A DNA stretch of 62,800 nucleotides, counting the filler, from Stramenopiles sp. TOSAG23-2 (lineage: Eukaryota): assembly GCA_900128395.1 (NCBI GenBank). It is 10 parts of 10 records of this genome, joined end to end, with 100 filler letters (N's around TTAATTAATTAA, not from the genome) between each part and the next. Parts side by side here need not be neighbours in the genome. Positions count along the whole stretch, not along the records: positions 24,993 to 33,201 come from LT650225.1; positions 33,302 to 41,510 come from LT650226.1; 8 more parts are not named here. One strand, written 5' to 3'. Shown piece after piece: positions 25,653-37,490 of this stretch. The notes under the pieces were generated by a model. It was not told where the DNA came from. It ran no database searches and was given only the letters and a program-made list of their open reading frames with translations. Numbering within the stretch: position 1 is the stretch's first letter; every line of letters begins with the position of its first letter. The position numbers and the translations under genes are program-made.

Positions 25653-26741
25653 TTATAACACTCCTTGATTATAGGCTGATTTATAATTAGACATGTAATG
25701 ATACAATTGATTATGTAAATGAATAGAATTTTTGCTTTTAATATTTGTACCATTTAATTTCATTTCTAAATCAACATAATAGCTACTATATTCATTTGCA
25801 GTTAAAATCATTTCTCCACTAACAGTTTGCGTTTCATTGATTGCAATAGGTTTTTGAAGTAATAATCTACATTGATACCAATGTGTATCAGGGGAAAATG
25901 GTGATGTAGACAAACATACGACTGCTTGACTACCAAAAAATTTCACATCAAACCAACATGCCATTCCATGTATTATACTTGTTTTATCAGCAACAAATGA
26001 AAATGGAATTTTGATCTTTTCCAAACCGTCTTTTTCAGAGACGGTAGAAAAATCTATTACATGCGTCACGTGCTTATTACTAATCAACATGGTTGGGGAG
26101 AAATATCCTACAATTGGCTGCGCAAATGCTTCATCAAATGCTTTTTGTTTTGCTTTTGTTAAATTAACACCATAAAAATTTGTTTGATCCCAAAAAGATG
26201 TCGATAAACTTTGTTCTTCGAAGATTTCATTGTCAGAAAATGGACATATGTAAATTGTACCAGTGCTTGGAAACATTTTACCTTCCGGCTTTAACCATTT
26301 CGCACGTGCATGGACAAAAACTTCTAACATCCGTTCATGCACTAATAGAAACCCCATTGGCTCACTAATAATAATATCAACTTTCTCTGGTAAGTTTACA
26401 TCTTCCACTTTACCTTGTATCACTTTGACAACTTCTTCGTAACCATTTGCTTTCACTAACTCTTTTGCATTTTCTGCTATTGCACTTGCTTCGATAGCAT
26501 ATACTGTTTTTGCACCAGCTTGCGCAGCAAACAATGCCAATATACCGGTCCCAGTACCAACGTCAACTACTACTTTATCTTTAAAATCAATTTTATTCTG
26601 ATCAAACGCAGTTTTATACGTACCCGTACGTACTCTATCATGCAACATATTTTGTTGATGTACAATCATGCCATAATAATGGAAAAATGAATCCCACGTC
26701 CCAACATTGTTTGATTGTTTTGCGGGTGCCAAAGAAGTCAT
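25653..26741 (-). CDS. CARM1: Protein arginine methyltransferase, CARM1/PRMT4 type
   Basis: YYGMIVHQQNMLHDRVRTGTY, VVDVGTGTGIL, double-E loop ISEPMGFLLVHE and THWYQ loop. First ATG at 26741; the track start at 26753 is TTG. Confidence 0.9.
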   Translation of the reverse strand: MTSLAPAKQSNNVGTWDSFFHYYGMIVHQQNMLHDRVRTGTYKTAFDQNKIDFKDKVVVDVGTGTGILALFAAQAGAKTVYAIEASAIAENAKELVKANGYEEVVKVIQGKVEDVNLPEKVDIIISEPMGFLLVHERMLEVFVHARAKWLKPEGKMFPSTGTIYICPFSDNEIFEEQSLSTSFWDQTNFYGVNLTKAKQKAFDEAFAQPIVGYFSPTMLISNKHVTHVIDFSTVSEKDGLEKIKIPFSFVADKTSIIHGMACWFDVKFFGSQAVVCLSTSPFSPDTHWYQCRLLLQKPIAINETQTVSGEMILTANEYSSYYVDLEMKLNGTNIKSKNSIHLHNQLYHYMSNYKSAYNQGVL

Positions 26742-27357
26742 ATTGCTGTTCAAAATGGTTATATCTAATTTATATATATTCCATTATTACTCTTGCAATA
26801 ATATTATTATTTATATACCTAAGTATTAAAATGTCTATATTTATTATATCTATACGTACTAAAATTATTATATAAAAATTAAATATTATAAATAATAATA
26901 ATATAATAATTATAAATAGCACAACAATAATAAAATAAATAATAATAATAAACAACTATACTACTACCACGTATACCAGGACTACATACAGTAGGTCCTA
27001 CTAAAACAAACGACACCACCGGCAAAAGCTCGAAAATAATAAGGAGGAAGTAATAGCTATCATTTTGGTGGCCGGCGTCGTATAAATTAAAATATTGTTC
27101 TAATTTCTAAGTCGTCTGCACGTCTGGTATCCTTAAATATTAAAAATAATTTTTTTTGCCAAAATTGCACAATTTGTTGGGCACTACTACTATACTTGTG
27201 GTCATTTTATAATACCTATCGGGATACAAATACTTTATTCTAGATTTATTATAACAAAATATTATCATTCCATATTCATCCTAAGCTGTGACACACACAC
27301 ACACACATATACATATATACATCAAGAAGAGATGACAAATAGCACAATACGAAACAA

Positions 27358-28557
27358 ATGGCAAAAAAAAGAAGATCGAAAACAAATAATACAAAAAATG
27401 AAAAAAAAAGTGATAGTAGTAACAACCATGGTACGAAAAAAGTCCCATCATATAAGAATAATAATGTAATAAAACAGAAGAAGAAACAATATCAACAACA
27501 TCTTTTATGTCTAACTATGTCGGTTTGTATCAATATATTTTTGTACTATTTTATCATTCATTTTTCCTCAACACAATGCTTTACTCGTATTGTTCCAGCA
27601 ACTCCAAATCATGGCTTAACAAAAATACCTGTAGTAAAGATGATAAGTGATGCAAAGTTAAAAGAACATGTGCGAAAAGGAATTCCCATAGTTGTTACAA
27701 ATCAAATGAACTCTTGGCCTGCTATGAAACGCTGGGCTGATTTAAACTATTTTAAAGAAGCATGTCCGTATTATCAATTTGATGATGTACCGTTTGTTGA
27801 TTACATAAACTATGTGGTGGAAATAGAAAATTACATTAAAAAACATTTAACGCCCCAGGAAGCCATGAATTTCGAAGTTGAAGATTCGTTTTATTTTAGT
27901 CATAATGAAAAATTGTTTTTGGAATGTCCAAAGCTTTGGAATGACGTGAAGAAATTTGCATTAGTTCGAAATCGTGTAAGCAAGCCAACATCCTTTATCG
28001 GGTTCATTGCAAGATATATAGTTTCTATATTTGAAACGCAAGATTTGCCATCAAGTGTAATATGGGATGATTGGATACAAGCTGTTACATGGATTGGCCC
28101 TCCAGGAAGTAAGACTGGATTGCATTATGATGACGATCCAATCTCCATTTTATATCAATTTAAAGGAGAAAAAAAAATACGTATTTGGAGTCCGGATCAA
28201 TCCAAAAATTTATATCCGGAAACTTACTGCACTGAAAATTCTGAATATGGAACAAGATTTAGTAAAATTGAAGATATTGATAATAAAAAAGTTATTCGTC
28301 GATTTTTTCCAAAATTTCAAAATGCTACTGCATTAGAATACGTATTAAAACCTGGTGAAATGATTTACATACCATCCGGTTGGTGGCATCATGTTGAAGT
28401 ACTTAGCACATCTGTAAGTGTTGCAGCAAGAGGTTACACGGTATGTGAAGGTTTATCATTCATGCCTAATTTTGTAATTAATTATTTACACCTAAATGGT
28501 GTTATAGATGGAGAAGGATTCTGCATAACACCATCTTATTTAAAAGCTCGTGTGTAA
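27358..28557 (+). CDS. JmjC (cupin-like) 2-oxoglutarate/Fe(II) oxygenase with an N-terminal transmembrane anchor
   Basis: WIGPPGSKTGLHYDD (HxD), KGEKKIRIWSP and LKPGEMIYIPSGWWHHV; hydrophobic stretch LLCLTMSVCINIFLYYFIIHF after a basic N-terminus. Confidence 0.88.
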   Translation: MAKKRRSKTNNTKNEKKSDSSNNHGTKKVPSYKNNNVIKQKKKQYQQHLLCLTMSVCINIFLYYFIIHFSSTQCFTRIVPATPNHGLTKIPVVKMISDAKLKEHVRKGIPIVVTNQMNSWPAMKRWADLNYFKEACPYYQFDDVPFVDYINYVVEIENYIKKHLTPQEAMNFEVEDSFYFSHNEKLFLECPKLWNDVKKFALVRNRVSKPTSFIGFIARYIVSIFETQDLPSSVIWDDWIQAVTWIGPPGSKTGLHYDDDPISILYQFKGEKKIRIWSPDQSKNLYPETYCTENSEYGTRFSKIEDIDNKKVIRRFFPKFQNATALEYVLKPGEMIYIPSGWWHHVEVLSTSVSVAARGYTVCEGLSFMPNFVINYLHLNGVIDGEGFCITPSYLKARV

Positions 28558-28830
28558 AAATATAAAAAATTAAACACACACATAAATATATATATATTCT
28601 GTAATGTATATATTATATATAATTTATAGTATAATAAAATATACATAGTATTTTTAGCAGGTAATAGCCTCAGTAGTGTCAAGTACACGACATATAGGGA
28701 AAAAGTCTTCTTGGTAACAGTTTAAAAGTAACATCGTAAAAATTTTAAAAAAGTATAGTTGGTTTTGTGTGTGTAAAATGTAAATTTTTCAACACCACAG
28801 GTCTCTCTCTCTCTCTTTACTCTCGCCCCA

Positions 28831-29970
28831 TTAATCTAATAGTTTACCGACAGAATTTAAATTTTCAATTTCTAAACTAAGTTCATGCATTGCAGACAAT
28901 AACTTTTGTTTCCGAATTGATTCACTCATAGATAATCCATTGATAAACTTTACATTTGTATTGATTTGATTAATTGTTGATTGCATTGATACAGCTGCAT
29001 CAGTAAATGATTTTTTAGTCAATGGCGCAATTGGGAAATCTTTATCAAATGTTGTGCGTGAGGTAAAATCTGGTCTTCTTCCTTGAAATAGCGGAGTAAG
29101 TACGGGGCATATGTTACTAAACCTTTGCTTCGAATGATCCGAGGTTAAAATATGTATAAAATGCCGTTTAAGTACAAAATCATGAGCTGGTTTTATCTTA
29201 CATGCTTGGAAGATTCTCATTAAATCATCTTCATCTGGGCCAATATCGATATTTGCTCTTTCAAAATATGGACGACAAAAATTGATGAATTCATCCACTT
29301 GCATTCTATTTTTATTTTTAGTGGGATGCCTGGCTAATTTGATCAAATGCTTATTTTCTTTTGCATACCAAGCTTCATAAGTGTCATTATCATTGTTGCT
29401 GTTATTATTATCATGATTTGAAGAAGATCCATGTCTGTTATTATTAGTAGTATTGGTTTTAAATCTTTCAAGTCCCTCAATACTATTTAAACTAGGACTT
29501 TTTTGCATCTTTGGATATCCAAACGCGGAAAATGGCTTTTTATGTCGTAGTTGACCAATACCTATCAATCGTGCGCGCTTCAACAATAACTCTTTTTTTC
29601 CTAAATCTATTTTTTTAAGTATTTGAGACTGACGAAGTAGTTTACTATGATAAACAGTATTGCTAAATTGGTCTTGAAGTATATTGATGCGGGAATTCTT
29701 ATTATTGGTGTTGCTGGTGTTGAGGTAAGGAGCAGATTTATTGTTTGTAAATATCAAAGATGGCAATAGATTTTTATTCTTGCTTGTCGAGGACGATGCT
29801 GTTGTTGCATGGTTTTTCTTCAGGTTATGAAAGTGCCTTTTAACATATTGTAACAAACGCTTTTTATCCAAGTTCTTCACAGACTTTTCGACAGTTGCGG
29901 AATCCATGTTTTCTCTTTTTCGTTTTGACTTATGACTGCCATGGTGGCTTTTCTTCTTTTGGCTATGCAT
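28831..29970 (-). CDS. Hypothetical protein with a possible degenerate EF-hand region
   Basis: 379-aa ATG ORF; MQVDEFINFC..DEDDLMRIFQAC..VLKRHFIHIL resembles EF-hand helices. Confidence 0.65.
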   Translation of the reverse strand: MHSQKKKSHHGSHKSKRKRENMDSATVEKSVKNLDKKRLLQYVKRHFHNLKKNHATTASSSTSKNKNLLPSLIFTNNKSAPYLNTSNTNNKNSRINILQDQFSNTVYHSKLLRQSQILKKIDLGKKELLLKRARLIGIGQLRHKKPFSAFGYPKMQKSPSLNSIEGLERFKTNTTNNNRHGSSSNHDNNNSNNDNDTYEAWYAKENKHLIKLARHPTKNKNRMQVDEFINFCRPYFERANIDIGPDEDDLMRIFQACKIKPAHDFVLKRHFIHILTSDHSKQRFSNICPVLTPLFQGRRPDFTSRTTFDKDFPIAPLTKKSFTDAAVSMQSTINQINTNVKFINGLSMSESIRKQKLLSAMHELSLEIENLNSVGKLLD

Positions 29971-30871
29971 TTTATATTTCAGTATAAAATCGATTACATC
30001 TAATGAACTTTGATTCTTTTATCCGGTTATTTTAGTGTTTACTAATATATATATAGATCTATAATAATATTCTGTATCCACTGTGTGCCTTCCACGTCCT
30101 TCCTCGTGCATATATGTAGGTACCAGGTATTGTATTTGGTATCAATGTATCAATATAAATAGTAACAGTATAATGTTGCTAATAATAAAAAGTACTTGCC
30201 AGCTGGGCCAGCTGGGCCAGCTTGCCAGCTTGGTATTAATAGTACTCTGGTACTCCTCTTCGTAAAGAACTTGTTTTAGATATACAGTAAGCAGTAAGTG
30301 TATAGCTGCTAGCTGCTAGCTAGCAGTTATTAGGCCTAGCTGTTTTTATAGTCTAACGTAGATTTCGAAGCCTATCACATCAACAGCCTTTCGCCAAAAA
30401 CCCGACCTCACTTTCCTGCTTTCTGGCTTTCCAGGCCAGCTTTCCAGCTTTCCATTCATATTTTACCTGGTATAATAATTTAAATAATATACTAGTAACT
30501 ATTAATAATAAATAGACAATATAAATACATCTCTGCTAGATCTATTAATTATGGACGACTCTTACCTGGCTTACGAACAACATGCACAAAAAATACTGGT
30601 GCTGTGCTAATGCTGTACAATGCTAATAATATTATTTGCACATTGATAAAATGTGATTCGTTATTCTGTCGCACTCGATGTATTGTTGTGCTATTAATAT
30701 CAATTTTTTTATTTATTATTGAAATATCAACAGTATTGATGATAAACAATAATAGTGATGTGTATCATTTCAGCTACAAATAATCAATCCGTACTCTGAA
30801 TATATATTGATAAGAGAACGGCCACTCTTTGTTTGCTTTTGACGTTTCCCTGATTTATTATTGCGTTAATC

Positions 30872-33201
30872 ATGCGGAAAAGTCAAAAGATGAACCAAAA
30901 AAATATGATATTTTTGTTCATAATAATCATAAAATTCATAATAGGTATATTAATAGAAAATAGCAAAGGTTATAATTTAAATGTATTAGAAGAAGCAGGA
31001 AGTTGTAGAGTTTATAATCACAGTAACAGCAACAACAATGATAACAATAATACGCAGTGTTGCTCCCCCCACTCTTTAATTAATTTAGTATCTGAACTTC
31101 AAGACTTTGATGTGTTATCCTCAATTACTGGGTATCAATTTAATATTTCCAAACTATTTGATGGTTCTTTAAACGCTTCTAACCCTGAATCCGTTATTAT
31201 ATGTGGAGCAGAAGAAGTTTTAGATACAGTTAATCTGGATTTTCTTGTTGATGGTAAAGCGAATTTAAAAGTTAATGCAGATGCATCCGTGTTGTCTTGT
31301 GACGCTAGTAGTGACAACTATTCCAATTGTGGGGATACTGGCGAATTGTATTTAAGCTTTGATCTTCATAGTGTGAGAAGCATTTGTTCTGCTTCAATAC
31401 ATTTTAGACCATTGCAAGGGCCAAAGTCTATAAAAATCCGTATTTCCCTTGATGGCATAACATGGATAGAGACTCGTGGTCATGTGTCAAATGATTGTGG
31501 TGATACTAAAAAATCTGTATTTGTATATAATTTTAATCGGAGGGTTGCTGCTCGGTATGTAAAAATTGAGTTTTCTTATGGTTGTAAGTCCGCTATTGTA
31601 CTTAGTGAAATGCAAATATTTGGTTCGGCTTTGGATCCAGTGCAATGGATGACAGCATCGGAAATGTCTTATGTAAATGGTAAGAATTTAAATGTCCTAC
31701 CACCTCCTTCATCTTGTAATATTCAATCAACATGTGCTAGACGGGTATGGAATGAAGGTGCAGGGGACTCAACAAAAGTAGAGGTGAAATTTTCAACTTC
31801 TTGCAATAGGTTGCATTCGTTTGTTCTTGGTATTGCAAATGATTTGAATTATAGTGATTACCTTGATAGCATTTATAATGAAAATAACTTTATCGATAGA
31901 TATTACAATATTAACAATAGTGATATTAACAATAGGAATACTAATGAAACAGTGCCATTTTTTTTCCCAAGTATGGATGGTATTATTTATTACAATCTAA
32001 ACGTAAGTGCATCAAAATTTGCTGGAGGCATATTTGAATTATCGCTTAATGAACATTCTGCAGTATCTAGAAATAAACTTATGTTTGCCCTGATCGGTGG
32101 TAGCCATATCAATAATTATGAAAATGATATACATCCACCCATATTCACAACAGATCCATTGCTGCTTGAACATAATTGTGGTTGCCATGTAAATATTCTT
32201 TATGCTAAGATATTATGTAGCGATAATGACGATAATCCAGCAGAATTTTCTACTGTAAATTTAAAGGTTGCATGGGAATCCGATTGCGATCCTAATGAAC
32301 CAATGCAATTAATTATTTATGTTCTAAACAACGAAATGGATGTTCAACCGTTCATGAATTACATGCGTCAAAGCAAAAGTGAAAATAAATTTGCTTATAA
32401 CCAAGATGCTAATGGTCAACAAAGCATACAAAATCTAGAACAAGCGTTTGTTTTAAATACAATAACATTATCGTTGCAAGACTTTGATGATTCAACTTAT
32501 CATATCAAAAATGACAATTATCATGAAATTGTATTTTCCATTTCTCAAAAAATTTCTCGCCGTAATCCTCTTGTTGTAGATGTGCAAACCATATCAAATA
32601 TTATCTTCAACCATCAATTCAATACGTATGTTCCTATGTCATCATTTTATAATTCTGCAAATAATGGAAACGACTTTGAGCATGAAAATTATAACAGTGA
32701 TATAAACTCAATCGTAGATATAACTTGTACAGAGAATTGTTCGATAAGGATTAAAAATGTCCATCACATATGTAGTCCACCCTATAATAGTACAGAAATT
32801 CATTTTTATTACGAAACAAATTGCAATAAAATAGATAGTATTTATGTTTATCATGTAGAACCTAGTGAATTGGCTGCAACAATTGAATCGAAATTAACAA
32901 AAATGACCCCCATCGCGTTTGTTGCATATCAAAGCAATTCTACACGATCATCCAACTTTTTGCCTTACCTTGTATATAGTAATACTACATTAAATGTATG
33001 CACTGCTAGCACCAACAACTCTATTATATCCAATGGCATTCTTAAGGTGCAGTTGCCAGAAATGAATATTCTAGACGTCTCAACTTTTGTTTTTGGATTA
33101 AGTGCATCTATGATCGTACCAAAATGGCATAACGATTTCAGTAATGAAATTACATTTCCAACTACAGAAAACGCTTTGGTGGTAGACAGCATATCCCCAA
33201 A
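30872..33201 (+). CDS. Secreted Cys/Asn-rich protein with an F5/8 type C (discoidin-like) domain, 3' truncated
   Basis: Signal-like N-terminus; LYLSFDLHSVRSIC..PKSIKIRISLDGITW..ARYVKIEF..LSEMQIFG matches discoidin motifs; open to the contig edge. Confidence 0.75.
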
Positions 33202-33429
33202 NNNNNNNNNNNNNNNNNNNNNNNNNNNNNNNNNNNNNNNNNNNNTTAATTAATTAANNNNNNNNNNNNNNNNNNNNNNNNNNNNNNNNNNNNNNNNNNN
33301 NAATATTTTTAAGATACAAAAATGTTGATGGAGGAAAAAGATGCAATTAACGCATATATATATAATTTGATAAATATAAAAAAAACTAATAAAAATTACA
33401 CGTACATTTTTATGAATATACACAACAAC

Positions 33430-34458
33430 TTAACTCTTTGTAGCAAAATTTTTCACAAAAGTTGCATTTAATTGTTGAAACAAATCAATATTTTCAATAT
33501 ATACTTTATTTGCTGATACATCATTTAACAAGTCAGGTCCAAATTTGGTTTGAACCATAACGTCTTCATCATTATCCTCATCATTCTTCTTCACTAATAA
33601 TAATGATTTCTCCGACGACGACGACGATGATGATACATAAAATAAGCTTTCTTCTTTATTTTCATTATGGTTTCCTTCATGTTCATCTTCTTCTGCCACG
33701 CATTTATTTTGGAATTTATTTCTCAAGACTTTTTTCAATTCCAATTGTTGTAAATTTAATATAATATTATTATTATCATTACAATTATTGTTAAAAACTG
33801 TATTGCCATATAGTTCTTCTTCAGTTTCGTCATTTAAATTTTTATCTAAATTCAATTCTAACTCCTTCGAAAATTTAATTATATCTTTTGTAAAATTATC
33901 AATGATTGATTTATCGTCAATTGATTCATTCTTTATTAAAAATTTATTTTGTGCTAAATATGACAACATTGAATTTATGCAATATTTCGTACGATTTATC
34001 GAGTATATATAGAAAGGCAATAACTTTGATGACGGTGACACTGTGACATCTTCTTCTTCATTTTCATCTAATGATTGTAACATTAACGTAAAGTAAAATT
34101 TATCAAAAAATATTTCCTCATCCGTTATTGTTGAAATATCAATAGAATACAATATAAAAATATTTAACAACATATCTATAATTCCATTCATGTGTCTTCG
34201 AATCAAGCTTCGTATATTCATTAATGATAATTCGTCCTTTACATCGCCTGACGGGACATTATTTATATTTATTGATAATTCAATTCTAGATATTGGTGGT
34301 GTATATTTTATTTGTCCATCATTATTATAAATATAATATCCACGTTTTTTTAATTCTTTTCGTTTAATTATTTGCATTGATTTTTTACATAATCCATTTA
34401 TATATTTATTTACATTTTCTAAAAACAATTGCAGAGCATCTTCTTCGCGTTGATCCAT
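33430..34458 (-). CDS. Hypothetical acidic protein (palindrome copy 1)
   Basis: ~342 aa from ATG at 34458 (track start is TTG); no family motif recognised. Confidence 0.6.
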   Translation of the reverse strand: MDQREEDALQLFLENVNKYINGLCKKSMQIIKRKELKKRGYYIYNNDGQIKYTPPISRIELSININNVPSGDVKDELSLMNIRSLIRRHMNGIIDMLLNIFILYSIDISTITDEEIFFDKFYFTLMLQSLDENEEEDVTVSPSSKLLPFYIYSINRTKYCINSMLSYLAQNKFLIKNESIDDKSIIDNFTKDIIKFSKELELNLDKNLNDETEEELYGNTVFNNNCNDNNNIILNLQQLELKKVLRNKFQNKCVAEEDEHEGNHNENKEESLFYVSSSSSSSEKSLLLVKKNDEDNDEDVMVQTKFGPDLLNDVSANKVYIENIDLFQQLNATFVKNFATKS

Positions 34459-34755
34459 CTTGTCAGACAACTTTGTTTATTTTTTCTATATCGATATTTT
34501 CGTCGTATGTGTGATATATATAATATGTTGTCGTAATATATTATTATTTAAATTATTATACCTGTAAAGTTAAAGTGTGCAAGTAACATATTGATAGTAT
34601 ACGTGGAGAGATGGACACAGAATATGTATAGAGAAATATAATACGAGCTCGTAACTCATGTGCCAATTCATAGTGCGTTGCACTGTTATATTAAAATTAT
34701 TAACGTATACGACCGTATTAAAATTTTTAATTCTTTAATCTTTTTCTCCTCCTTC

Positions 34756-37320
34756 TTATTCCTCATCTTCCGTCACATACAAATACATATAACCATGTTG
34801 TATTGGTGTTTTCATACTCCAACTCACTTTACGATCATTGAATATAATCCATTTGCCACTATCATCTTTGACGTGGCATACATAATGTCCACTATTCGTA
34901 TTACGACCAACATGACTGATAAATGCTTTAAGTTTATATTTACCAGAATACGATTTACTATTTGTTTCCGTGACAGTATCAACCTTAGTATTATTTTTTG
35001 ATGCTTCCGCAAGTGCTGCTTCGGTTGCAATCATAGTATCAACATTTGCAGAATTTTCAAACAACCACATTACTGCTACATCACCATTGTTGTTATTTTT
35101 TTTCAATGCAAATTTTGCATGTTCCGTGGAAAAACCCATACTACAAATTTGTGCAATTAATGCTGGATCGCCTCCATCACCACCGCCGCCGCCGCCGTTG
35201 CTACTACTACTATTATTACCCCCACTAGGCAATGGATCGTTTATATCAGCATCACCCATATGTGTCATAACCCATTGCATTGCAGGTTCAATTCCAGCGT
35301 TCTGCGTAGCAACAGCAGCACGCTTTCCAGCATTTTCCGAGAAACCCATAGCGGCTATTTGACTGACAATATTTGCATCAGGGACAGGTTCAGCATTTGC
35401 ATTGTTATTACTATCATTTCCATCACTTTCATCTTCTGGCAATTCAACTTCTGAATCTAATTTTCCATTACCTTTCATCGATGTCAAATCCAATGTCTCT
35501 GGCATAAAAATGGTATGATCAAGTTTTTCTTGCTGCCATTGCTCATTTACAATGACACGATTTAAATTTATCCATAGATATTTTGAAAATTTTGAAATTT
35601 TCATCGATTTCGTTGCTTGTGCCTTCCTAACATCTACTTTTTCACCAAGATTAAATTGATCCAATAGTGCTTGGAACGGTATATTTGGTAACACTTTTTC
35701 AGCATTTTCTTTTCCAGCTTTGTTGTCTTTACCATCCTCGCTGTTTTCCACTTTTTGCTTTTTCTTACTAGTTTCAACCTCTTGTAAATTGTCAACAGCT
35801 GATAATGGTATTGCCAATTTCAAAATATTCTCAGGAACATTTTTATATTTAACTTTGCCATTATCCTCGCCACTAATCATTTGCATTCTTTCTTCAAATT
35901 CAAATGTAAATAATTTTGACAAATCTTGCTGGTTGCTACTTTTCGCCTCTGTTTCCAATAGATTAAATAAATGTGCTAAATATTCCGAAGCATCTTGTTG
36001 TAAAGATGTTTTAAAATCAGGATGACCTTTTCCAGCTAATGATTTAAATGCCATCGGTGATATATAAATTTCCTCCTCCTTTAACTTTTTACGAAATTCA
36101 TCCTCTTCCATGTTATATGGTTTTTCCATAGTGCTACGTACAACTTCTGCTTCTTTTAAATAACGATCAGAATGTAACCCACTAGCCAATTTACATAATT
36201 GCAATGTCATATCATCAGATGGCAATTTGTTCCCACAATTGCGGAATGTTTCTGTTGCAATATCTTTTAACTTTTTAAATTCTTCTAAACTCATTAATGT
36301 TTGTAAACATGAATTCATGTAGCAACTATTACCTAAATTTTTCAAACCGATGCGACCTGGAGCATAACAATTAACAAGTTGAACTCCATCTTCTAAGATT
36401 GCACCGTAATTGAAATTTAAATTTAATTCAATTTGCATTTCCGCCATAGATTTTTCAGTCTTTTGCATTTGCATGATATTTATACCAAAATGCGATAAAT
36501 GTTTAGCAAGTTTTGGATCTGCCACCATATCATTTTCATCCTTGGCATAACTATATATATCAGCGCCTTTTGGTGTAATAGTGCCCAATTTAACACATAA
36601 TGGATAAAATTTGCCTTCCTTTTGCATCTCTTCGAAATGCTTTAATGCTGCTCCTGTGCCGCCACTACCATCCCAATTCCGACGGCCACTCCCAATGTAA
36701 CCATCAGATAAATTTAACCATAAATTTTCTGTCATACCACTATCTTCGCATTTCCAATCTTTTGGATTTGGAGAAATTTTTGGTGCATTAGCATCTTGAA
36801 CGAGGTCATTTGCATATTTTGATTCTTTGGGTGGTGGTTCTTCCCATTTTGCTGCTTCTTCCAGATTTGCATCTGAATGGGTTAGCAAAGCTTGGATGGA
36901 ATTCGTTACGCCCATTGGTAGATCATTGCTTGGATATGGCAATTCATTTTCAGCACCATCAATATATATTGAATATTCTTTAGTTGTATCCCATATTTGC
37001 TCTTCATTTTTAAAACCACCTTCAATACCAATTCCAAGTTTCGTGACTGGTTCGGCATTCTTTGTACCATCATCTTTCTCAGGCTCCGGTTTTGGTACTT
37101 TTTTCATTTTGATATGCAAAAATATATCTTTGTCAACATTAGGTGCGATGTTTTGTTTGATATAATCATGCCCATATGCACGAAAACTCATTAAAGATAC
37201 GTATATACCATTTGGTGACAATGGCGTATCATACGAAAACATACACTCATCTTTAAATACACGATCATTATATCCTGGTACTTTAATATTTTTCAATGCC
37301 TCTGGTGTAAATGCTGACAT
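34756..37320 (-). CDS. USP5: Ubiquitin C-terminal hydrolase USP5/USP13/Ubp14 (palindrome copy 1)
   Basis: ZnF-UBP region (ENLWLNLSDGYIGSGRRNWDGSGG, YPLCVKLGTIT), Cys box GLKNLGNSCYMNS, QQDASE, two UBA domains (MGFS) and His box HVGRNTNSGHYVCH. Confidence 0.93.
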   Translation of the reverse strand: MSAFTPEALKNIKVPGYNDRVFKDECMFSYDTPLSPNGIYVSLMSFRAYGHDYIKQNIAPNVDKDIFLHIKMKKVPKPEPEKDDGTKNAEPVTKLGIGIEGGFKNEEQIWDTTKEYSIYIDGAENELPYPSNDLPMGVTNSIQALLTHSDANLEEAAKWEEPPPKESKYANDLVQDANAPKISPNPKDWKCEDSGMTENLWLNLSDGYIGSGRRNWDGSGGTGAALKHFEEMQKEGKFYPLCVKLGTITPKGADIYSYAKDENDMVADPKLAKHLSHFGINIMQMQKTEKSMAEMQIELNLNFNYGAILEDGVQLVNCYAPGRIGLKNLGNSCYMNSCLQTLMSLEEFKKLKDIATETFRNCGNKLPSDDMTLQLCKLASGLHSDRYLKEAEVVRSTMEKPYNMEEDEFRKKLKEEEIYISPMAFKSLAGKGHPDFKTSLQQDASEYLAHLFNLLETEAKSSNQQDLSKLFTFEFEERMQMISGEDNGKVKYKNVPENILKLAIPLSAVDNLQEVETSKKKQKVENSEDGKDNKAGKENAEKVLPNIPFQALLDQFNLGEKVDVRKAQATKSMKISKFSKYLWINLNRVIVNEQWQQEKLDHTIFMPETLDLTSMKGNGKLDSEVELPEDESDGNDSNNNANAEPVPDANIVSQIAAMGFSENAGKRAAVATQNAGIEPAMQWVMTHMGDADINDPLPSGGNNSSSSNGGGGGGDGGDPALIAQICSMGFSTEHAKFALKKNNNNGDVAVMWLFENSANVDTMIATEAALAEASKNNTKVDTVTETNSKSYSGKYKLKAFISHVGRNTNSGHYVCHVKDDSGKWIIFNDRKVSWSMKTPIQHGYMYLYVTEDEE

Positions 37321-37490
37321 CTCGTTCTTTTTCTGCTAATGTAACTATTATAATAATAATATGTTTGCGTTTGTTTGTAATTGTAATGTAAAATTTATAT
37401 TATATATATAATATAAATTTTACATTACAATTACAAACAAACGCAAACATATTATTATTATAATAGTTACATTAGCAGAAAAAGAACGAG

